The notes under the pieces were generated by a model. It was not told the origin of the DNA, did no database searches, and worked only from the letters and a program-made list of their open reading frames with translations. Positions 15,701 to 22,800 of a DNA stretch of 24,635 nt are shown here, in pieces (position 1 is the stretch's first letter; each line of letters begins with the position of its first letter). The stretch lies in assembly GCA_965371515.1 (NCBI GenBank), contig CBDUYR010000042.1:1-24635 (forward strand), in the 5' to 3' direction. The translations under genes and the position numbers were made by a program. Source of the stretch: an uncultured bacterium (GTDB lineage Bacteria; Krumholzibacteriota; Krumholzibacteriia; Krumholzibacteriales; Krumholzibacteriaceae).

Positions 15701-16728
15701 TCCGGAACGACCTGGCCATACAGTCGCAGGTGAACGGTCATACCGTCTGCCTGAAAGAAGGCAACATACGGTAGCGGCGTGACCGTGCATTCATGGCACA
15801 CGACCGAGTAATTCGAGATATCCGCCGCCGAAGCCTCGTCCAGAACCTCTGAAAAAATCAGTGCAATCGAATTGATCGCCGGCATGTAAAAGCCCTGCAG
15901 CAGTTCCGGCGGGCTCGTATCCACGCCGGTGAACGCGATACCCGGCCCAGGCGCCGACGGATTGCCGGTGACGTCCCTTACCCCGTCGACCTCCAGTGTA
16001 TACGGGGCTTCGCCAAGCAGTCCGCCAAGCACCATCCATACCCTGTCCTCCGAGTCTTCCAGCAGCACCAGGTTGACAGGTATCGTATCAGGGATCCCGT
16101 CCGTCCTGTATATGCGGTAGCTGGCCGGATCGGTCGCGTCCGGCTCGAAGACCGCTTCATCGAATCCAAGGGCCAGGTGGATGTCGTCCTCGACCTCGAT
16201 GCTGACAGGCACCGGCGGATCGGTATCTGGAGCACAGGTCTGGTTGAAACAGAGTTTCGGGCCTATGAATATCGGCTCTATTTGACTGTCCTCCAGACAG
16301 TTCGCGAACTGGTAATAGCCTACATCGGGGTGCCTGACGATCTCAAGAACGGCCGGATCAGTTGTCGTATTGAGCATTGAGAGATGCACCAGGCATACCC
16401 ATTCGGCCTGACAGTCGAGGAAGCACGTGCTTACACCCGAGGCCAGGTTTCCCAGGATGACGGATATATTCTCGTGCCATTCCTGATTCGCTATAACCAT
16501 CGACTCCGTCGAGGAGTGCATGGCGAACTCGGCGCAGTACATACCGTTCATGCTGGGCTGGCAGAAGATGTATACGTCGAAGAGGGTGTAGGGCGCAAGC
16601 ACGTCGACTTCACTTGTCGTCCTCAGCGAATCGGCATAGATCGCGATCCGCCCGATCTCGGGAACCTGGGCCATAATGGCGAAAGGAATAACAGAAATGA
16701 GGATACAAAGAATCAGGGCGCGTCTCAT
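12781..16728 (-). CDS. Large secreted surface protein: Cys-rich domain, eight Big_5/SbsA-like Ig repeats, second Cys-rich domain, FN3-like domain, FlgD-Ig/T9SS-type CTD (about 1315 aa)
   Basis: Start moved to ATG 16728, because GGAGG sits 10 nt upstream of it but only 1 nt from the GTG at 16737. Signal peptide MRRALILCILISVIPFAIMA. Eight DxxPP...F(D/S)E...A.D..NY...G(V/I).D..GN units. Terminal LRQNSPNPFNP...WDGRDRSG...SGVYFYRL...RKMVLLR. Confidence 0.88.
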   Translation of the reverse strand: MRRALILCILISVIPFAIMAQVPEIGRIAIYADSLRTTSEVDVLAPYTLFDVYIFCQPSMNGMYCAEFAMHSSTESMVIANQEWHENISVILGNLASGVSTCFLDCQAEWVCLVHLSMLNTTTDPAVLEIVRHPDVGYYQFANCLEDSQIEPIFIGPKLCFNQTCAPDTDPPVPVSIEVEDDIHLALGFDEAVFEPDATDPASYRIYRTDGIPDTIPVNLVLLEDSEDRVWMVLGGLLGEAPYTLEVDGVRDVTGNPSAPGPGIAFTGVDTSPPELLQGFYMPAINSIALIFSEVLDEASAADISNYSVVCHECTVTPLPYVAFFQADGMTVHLRLYGQVVPDVTYEVWVEGIADDSGNVMAGTEIVSFTAADCPPYVSEISLVTDMALDIVWSKDLEQTSAEDISNYTFSRNGPPAEPMNLISAGLNGGRTVRLDFSPAIEQEEAYTLLISGVMDTSGLYMHPGSFSFVPLDTIPPYMISAECNGLMHIELIFSEAIDDYVGGHTEYFQVFPAESPEEPVALSGVALYGSGLLVRLYLAEELTAGVEYTVRAIGISDVAGNIAPLLQRTVICNDIYPPEVLEIFLPDFTRLNIRFNEMVNEAAEDPASYLLYLAADSTATMGIDSVRMHDTGLRAELHLTTPLSLGEMYTLRMIGIGDMAGNMIDPDSSWSFQARDNITPSLINLTVTSDSIVHLEFDEQLNPATAEDVTKYAVVEATDTSVQLPLQSADLDAGGTMVDLEIEGGAPVGTAYKVLIRGVTDPSGNALYAESEDFEFIDDIPPHLLNAESPSARNVIVYFDEMVTRATAQDENNYALHVEGTPASGIDVLDAERLPDQMSVNLVLGDDMTQHVFYRLMVSGINDLAENTMAPDSADFQYIDDTPPVILDVDLVQLMKLVITFDEPVDSVTAVDMGNFLVYLSSDASQQIAVNSIDWISDEVTLNLAVEPIANVDYTVRVDGVEDRVGNACSELEETFRNFVYVPPAKMYLYSDENRTSNEVDADVLYEPFSIYVFVEAGDNGVFAVDYALSAPETYLMTALTHNPEWVAASQGNPYDGHSVTLSMCAQDWLWITHIECMCFEPDVQEIVWIRPHPVAGKILVASCLPGHPLEAVTHTNTLLINVTYVGVMIDSWEASFRNGCVELNWSIVETEAVPAFEVSRALDGLDTWRQLDDDLIFGDGLRFTLVDSDLEFGSSYRYRVECIDEDGRRVLFETAAVSTPVMPLALRQNSPNPFNPSTSIGFFLPQPGHVRLEIFDVNGRQINVLADGHYASGEHSVDWDGRDRSGTNVTSGVYFYRLIAGKESLSRKMVLLR
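13800..16227 (-). repeat. Eight tandem ~100-aa Ig-like (Big_5-type) protein repeats
   Basis: Units start DTDPP, DTSPP, DCPP, DTIPP, DIYPP, DNITP, DDIPP and DDTPP, and end GVRDVTGN, GIADDSGN, GVMDTSG, GISDVAGN, GIGDMAGN, GVTDPSGN, GINDLAEN and GVEDRVGN. Confidence 0.85.
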
Positions 16729-16816
16729 CGTCAGCACTCCTCCAGACGATGACAGAACAGTAAGCGGCTATGGGCCAGCCGTATAATCAGATGTGTTGCC
16801 GAGGTGTTATACGGGA

Positions 16817-16845
16817 ATTATATCACAAATAGCGACAGATGACAA
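16817..16845 (-). promoter_or_regulatory. Near-consensus sigma70 promoter for the Ig-repeat surface protein
   Basis: Minus strand TTGTCA-N17-TATAAT with an extended TG (TGA-TATAAT). Confidence 0.75.
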
Positions 16846-16873
16846 TGAAGCTGCCGCGTCAGGCCGAACAGGC

Positions 16874-19804
16874 CTACCTGATCCTCACCTGGTACTCGAG
16901 AACGCCCGTCTCGCCTGCGGAGAGCGTATACGGAGCCTGTCTCGAAAAGATCAACCGGAGCACACCGGTGCCCGAATTGAACAGCGCCTCGTCGGCATCT
17001 GCCGGATCGGCGGTCAGGTATACCGTCCCGGCGCCTGTAGTCCAGGCGATGTCGCTGCCCGCCCCGAAGGCATCGAGGACAAGGTCGACGTCTGACGAGA
17101 TTGGATCGACTATCTCTATCTCAACAACGTCTTCAGTCCCGGGATTGAAATAGGTGATCGTATATGTGACGACCTCTCCCGGCCGCGCCGCCAGAAGGTC
17201 GACCGCCTTTACAAGACTGACTGCCGGCGTCGCGTAGACTGTGACGCGGGCCGTGACGCTTTCGGTGTTAAGCGGATCATCGTTCGAGACGATATCAATG
17301 ATGTAGTCGAAATCGCCGGGTATCTCCGCCATCGGAACGGTCGCCTCGAATGAATAAGTCGCCGAGCCGCCCGCGGGGATAACCGCAGTGACATACGGCT
17401 GCCCCGCGCCGTCGAATGTCTCTGTCCATCCTGCCGGCCCGCCCCAGGATACGGTATAGCTCTCGTCGAAAGGCCCCTGGTTCTGCAGCTCGACACTGAA
17501 CGCTATCGTCTGGCCCGCCAGGGTGCCGCGGTTCGAGAATCCGCCGTCGCCCAGGCCGGGCGTTCCGATCACATCGTCGCCGTCGCCGTCTATGACCGCG
17601 TCGACGATCCTCTGAGGATTCACTACTACGCGGCCCGTGACGCTGTCGACGTAGTAGCGCTTGTTGCTCTTCATGCCGTCGAAGATTATGTCGAAGGTGC
17701 CGCCCGGGCTGGTCAGCGGGATGGTCACCTGGAGGGTGTAGAGTCCCTCACCCGTTCCCGTGATCGGTGAGGCCTGTCCGTCGAGCAGGACAGTCCATCC
17801 GGCCGGCGAGGTCCACTCCAAATCAAAAACGTTCCCGCCCCCCTCGTTCTGTATCAGAATCGCGAATGAGACGACATCTCCGGGATCGGCTGTGACAGAC
17901 GAGAATCCGCCGAGTCCGGTGCCTATCGCCCCGTAGACATCATCGCCGTTTCCGTCGATTATCACGTCGACGCCTATCTTGTCGTTTACCATGACCACTG
18001 CGGTGACGCTCTCGGAGATTCGATTGTCGTTTACCGACACGGCGTCGAGGATCGAGATCCACGTATCAAAGGCGGCGTTGTTGGGTACGAAGATTGCGAG
18101 CACGTATTCCCGCTGTTCACCGGGCGCGAATACAGGCGACGTCCAGGGCAGCGGATGATCGATCGTGCCGTCGTTGATCACCGCAGTCCATCCCCCGGCC
18201 GGCCTCGTCCAGCTGAACCTGAACTCATCGGCGACGCCCCCCTCGTTCTGGACAGTGACGGGGAAATAGACCGTGGTTCCGCGGAGCCCCGACAGGGTGC
18301 TCGTGCCGCCCAGTCCCGATCCGGTCGGATCGTATATCCCGTCGCCGCTTCCGTTGATCACGAGGTCGAGCTTCGGAGCGAGGACCGACGTCGTCGCTGT
18401 GACCCCGTCCCGGCCGAGCGGGTCCCCGGCAGATAGGGCGTAGAGCAGAGCGTCGTAATCTCCACCGAGCGTCGCTGCGCCCGCGGTTACCCTCAACGTA
18501 TATGTCCTCGAATCGCCCGGAGCTACGGGCCCGGTCGAGAATGAACCGGTATGTGTCGTGCCGCCGTCGATGACCACGGCGCTGACACCCGCGTCCGTGA
18601 CGAAACTGATCGTGAAGTCGTCCTGCATCGCCCCGGCGTTGATCAGCTCTATCGCATAGTCGACCGTGCCGCCGGGGAAGGCGCTTCCGGTCGAATAGCC
18701 TCCGCCCCCGGAGGGATCGATCACGCCCGTGCCGTCGCCGTCGATGACGAGGTCGGGCATGAAGTCGGCCAGGACCACGTACGTTCCGAGTGTGACGCTG
18801 TCGAACCTGTTTCCGAACGAGGCGGATACCGCGTCGACGATCGTCGAATAGCTGCCGATCGGCTCGCCGGCTGGTATGGTGATCAACACTTCCGCGGCGA
18901 TCGACGTCCCGGGGCCGATCGGGGGCGTCGTCCACGGCGAGGAATAGTCTGTCCCTCCGTATCTGATGACCACGTTCCAGCCGGCGGGGGATGAGGCGGA
19001 TACTGTGTAGGAGTCGATATCGAGACCTTCGTTCTCGATATCTAAGAGGTAGGTCACCGCCTCACCCGCCACGCCGCTGGAAACAGATGTTCCCCCGGCT
19101 CCGGTACCGGGGGTTCCGAATACGTCGTCGCCGTCACCGTCGACGATCAGATCCACATGCTTTCTGTATATGAGCGAGATGTCATCGACGAAGACCCACG
19201 TCTCGAACATGCCGTCCTCAGTGTTGAGCTGCCGGAAATCGAGACGGACGATCTGCCCCGCATACGCGCTCATGTCGAAGGTGACGTCCACCCAGCCGCT
19301 GTCCTTGAACCTGCTGCTCATGTCGTTGAAAGAAACGTCCACGACGGTAGCGAGGACATTATCCGACTGGTCGCGGATCGTCGCCTGGAACGGATCGTAT
19401 CCCGAGCCGTCGAATCCCTGCTGCCTGTATCGGAAAAAGAAGACGGCGCTCGATATGTCGGCAGGGATGGTCACTTCCGTGTACATGTAGCCATAGCGGT
19501 TCTTGTGAACCGGCGTGTACTTGAATCCGAGCAACGCGGACCATGATCCCGTGTAAGGCATGTCGAGCACGACCGCATGGTCGGCCCAGGAGGAATTCTG
19601 CGGCCCGCCGATGGCGGCCGCCCCGTGTACCCACGAACCTCCGAACGATCCGTCCTCGAATCCCCCGCCGATCACCGTTTCTCCCGCGCCGGCGCTGCCG
19701 GCTGCGAGCATCAATGCAGCGGCGAGCAGGGCCGTCGCTTTCAATCCCGTTATTATCTTCCCGCGTTTCATCATCTTTCCATTCCTGCGCTCAGCGACCG
19801 TCAT
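16874..19804 (-). CDS. Secreted repeat protein: adhesin-like beta-sandwich, five D/G-rich Ig-like repeats, C-terminal DUF11 domain, 976 aa
   Basis: ATG 1 nt after the upstream TGA, with a GGAG RBS. Signal peptide ending AGSAGA. N-domain GGFEDG...YTGSWSALLG...DMSAYAGQIVRLDF...VFVDDISL. DUF11 VSLVKAVD...PGEVVTYTITYFNPG...IEIVDPI...LSAGETGVLEYQVRIR. Confidence 0.88.
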   Translation of the reverse strand: MTVAERRNGKMMKRGKIITGLKATALLAAALMLAAGSAGAGETVIGGGFEDGSFGGSWVHGAAAIGGPQNSSWADHAVVLDMPYTGSWSALLGFKYTPVHKNRYGYMYTEVTIPADISSAVFFFRYRQQGFDGSGYDPFQATIRDQSDNVLATVVDVSFNDMSSRFKDSGWVDVTFDMSAYAGQIVRLDFRQLNTEDGMFETWVFVDDISLIYRKHVDLIVDGDGDDVFGTPGTGAGGTSVSSGVAGEAVTYLLDIENEGLDIDSYTVSASSPAGWNVVIRYGGTDYSSPWTTPPIGPGTSIAAEVLITIPAGEPIGSYSTIVDAVSASFGNRFDSVTLGTYVVLADFMPDLVIDGDGTGVIDPSGGGGYSTGSAFPGGTVDYAIELINAGAMQDDFTISFVTDAGVSAVVIDGGTTHTGSFSTGPVAPGDSRTYTLRVTAGAATLGGDYDALLYALSAGDPLGRDGVTATTSVLAPKLDLVINGSGDGIYDPTGSGLGGTSTLSGLRGTTVYFPVTVQNEGGVADEFRFSWTRPAGGWTAVINDGTIDHPLPWTSPVFAPGEQREYVLAIFVPNNAAFDTWISILDAVSVNDNRISESVTAVVMVNDKIGVDVIIDGNGDDVYGAIGTGLGGFSSVTADPGDVVSFAILIQNEGGGNVFDLEWTSPAGWTVLLDGQASPITGTGEGLYTLQVTIPLTSPGGTFDIIFDGMKSNKRYYVDSVTGRVVVNPQRIVDAVIDGDGDDVIGTPGLGDGGFSNRGTLAGQTIAFSVELQNQGPFDESYTVSWGGPAGWTETFDGAGQPYVTAVIPAGGSATYSFEATVPMAEIPGDFDYIIDIVSNDDPLNTESVTARVTVYATPAVSLVKAVDLLAARPGEVVTYTITYFNPGTEDVVEIEIVDPISSDVDLVLDAFGAGSDIAWTTGAGTVYLTADPADADEALFNSGTGVLRLIFSRQAPYTLSAGETGVLEYQVRIR
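17228..19153 (-). repeat. Five tandem 122-133-aa repeats
   Basis: Repeat heads DLIVDGDGDDVFG (19153), DLVIDGDGTGVID (18754), DLVINGSGDGIYD (18367), DVIIDGNGDDVYG (17968) and DAVIDGDGDDVIG (17602). Each is followed by a V.(Y/F)...(I/V/L).N.G strand, usually PAGW, and a D/E-S-V-T or D-G-V-T closing strand. Confidence 0.88.
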
Positions 19805-19805
19805 G

Positions 19806-22800
19806 TCAATCTCCCGCGCTGCCGTTGAAATAGCCGAGCAGCTTCTCGTCGAACTTAAGCTTGATCCCTATATGGAAACCGTTCTGCGTGAATTCGTTGA
19901 CTACCGTATCGGCGTCCCTGTGCCCGCCGAAATCGTATCCCGCGCCGATCCAGACATTCTCCCTGATGATCCTGCCGACCAGGACCCCGCCTCCATATCT
20001 CAGTGTGCCCGTCTCGATCTGCTGCACGACGCGCGCGGCGACGCTCACGTCCCAGGCCTTTCCGAACAGCCTGATCAGCTGGGTCTGGTACATGTAGGAC
20101 GACGAGCTCACAGTGAGATACCTGAACGAGTTCCGCACCCACCTGCCGGCGACTTTACCCTCGAGCTCCCACCTGTCGCTGAGATGGTAGTTCGCCTCGG
20201 TCATCACGGTCAGCGCCTTGTCGATCGCGAGCGGGTGTGCCGGACTGTTCTTCTCGTAAGTGCCTTTTGCCATCGAGAGGATAGTCAGCGGGCCGTGTCC
20301 CGGCCTGTACGAGAACCCGAGTCTGCCCGCGCTCTTCGACTGGTCGAGCGTCACGTCCTCGTCGGAATACCAGGCATCAATCTTTATAAGGCCGGCCCAG
20401 GTCTCGCTGAGACGCTTGAGCGCGGCGAACCCGGCGAGATGCTTCGTCCTCTCCTGCTCGAGCCTGATCTCGTATCCGCCCTTGATCTTGTGGTCCTTCC
20501 CTGGCGGCGTGTAGAGCCACTCGGTGACAAATGCGGTGAAGTCCTCGAGGTCCTGCCCGCTCACCGTGGAGAGCTTCTCGATCGAAAGGGTCGATGTCAG
20601 CCCGGGAGAGAGTCTGAACCTGTTCTTCATGCCGATCATCGCCTGCGACCTCTCGCCGCTCATCGCCCCTTCCATGCGGTAGCGGGAGTATGCACTGAGA
20701 TCCTCCGTTATGCGCGACTCGATACCGAGCTGCGTGAGGTGCCTCGAGCCCGAACGGCTGCTCGACCTGTACTCGTAGGACAACACTCCGTCGAGGTATC
20801 TCCAGATTTTCTGCGTGAGCTTCGCCTGGATCCGGTCGGGATATTCCGGCACTTCTTCCCCGGCGACGTTCTTGTCGAGCTGCAGTTCCGCCTTCGTTTT
20901 ATCACTGCCGTATCCGCCGGCCGCGACGAGGAGCCCTGACGAGGACGATCCCGATCTCGTATCGCTGAACGACGCGTGCGCCAGGCCGAAAGAGCCGTCG
21001 AGCGCACCGGAGCGGTAGTGGCCCTTCACGTCGAAATACCCCTTCTTCTCGTCACGCTGTGCATACCTGTGACCATATCCCTTCGACAGAAGCGACCAGC
21101 CCCTGCCGATCCTCCAGTCGAGGTCGCCGCCGATCTTCCTGCTGCCCAGCTCTGTCTTACCGCCGGAGAAGGAGGGGTTGAAGAAGTTCTCATCTATGTC
21201 GCGGTAGTAGGCGTTCCACTTCAGCATCCGGTCGTGCCGGCCCATCAGCTTGAACCTGAAGGCGTCTCCGCTGCCGAGGACGAGCTTGTCGCTGCGCGCG
21301 TATTCGCTCTCGATGAAGAGGTCTTTCCAGAGATGGCCCGCCAGGTCGACGCCGACGAGAGTGTAGTTCTTTTCGCCCTCGTCCTGGATTACCGCTGTCA
21401 CTCCCATCATCAGTGAATCGGCAAGCTCTACGGTCGGCCGGATGCCCGCCACGATATTTTTGTCGCCAGTCGAGCGGCACTCGTAGGTGACGACGATGTG
21501 CCGCGGGTTGAAATCCTCGTCGAATGCGAGAATGGGCCGCTTGAAGAGGATCGAGCCGTCCATGTAGTTGATGTCGTAATCCTTGTTCACGCTGTAGTAG
21601 TCGACGCGGACGATCTTCTCCGGACGGAACCTGTCACGGACCTCGATCCGTATCTTTTCGCTGTTCTCGAGGAGCGGGTACTTGCTGAGGAAGTAGAAAC
21701 CGCTCGTCCCGTTCGCCCTCATCTCGTCCTGGACGGTGATCTGATCGCTGTATGACATGAAGCCGGCGACGTCGAAGCGCCCGCGGCGTCCCTCTCCCCT
21801 GAATCCGGAGAAGGTCCTGTCGTATTTCGTGAATTCCATCGTTCCGAACTCGGTCCTGTAATCGCCGACCATCGCCGAGTACGATCGGTGCTCTAGCCTC
21901 GCGTAGGTACCGTGCTTCGAGTACGAGTTGAATCTCAATTCGCTCGCATCGCCGTATATCGGGTAATATTTTTCCGGTTCGATCCGGTCGAGGAGCTTGT
22001 CCTCGACGATCGGCCTCGTATCGATCGCCATCGTCAGCAGGTGGCCCGTGGCCACCTCGCCCTGTCCGTAGAATGCGAGTTTGCCCTCGGCGTAGTAACC
22101 ATCGGGATATCGCTCGTACGTTCTGTGCGTCGAGCCGGTCCCCTTGAGGCTGCTGTATCCGACATCTCCCTCACCGAATCCGAAGAGGAACCAGTCACGC
22201 ATCGGCGAGACATATTCGAGGCGGCTCTCCGCGGTAAGGCCCTCCAGCGCTACGGCAACCCTCTCCCTGCGCGAGTATGCCGAGGGCGGCAGATCGAGTG
22301 AGATGCGCCCGTCCACAGTCGCGACCTGCACGCCGGCGAGCTGCGGGTTGGCGTCGAGCTCTCCTATGAGATCGTCGGGTCCTGTTACGGTCAGGAATAA
22401 TCCGTCCCTCGCGGGAAGGCCATGCTCGTCGCTGACGAGGAATACCAGCTCGGGCCTCGACCTGCCGTCGGCCGGGACTTCCGCATCCCTGTGTTCGGCG
22501 AGGACAGACGAGGGCCTGCCGGCGAGATAGACGTGGCGTACGCAGACGTTCTTCTCTCCGTGGGAGCGGCAGACAACGAGGATATTGTTCAGCCCCGGCG
22601 AGATCTTCACTCCGTAGAATATGTATCCCATCGTGCTTTCGCCGATGTCGATCTGCTTCTGTCCGATCTTCTCCCTGCCTACCGGGACGTTATTCACGTA
22701 GAGCTCCACCGTCGATACGAGCGGAGCGACGATCTCGACGTCGATCCCGTCCCTGTCGGTAAATATTGTCCCCTCGGCGGGCTTGACGATCTCGGCGCAG

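Noticed and set aside
19560..20939. 459-aa plus-strand ORF
   Set aside because: Antisense shadow of the barrel gene.
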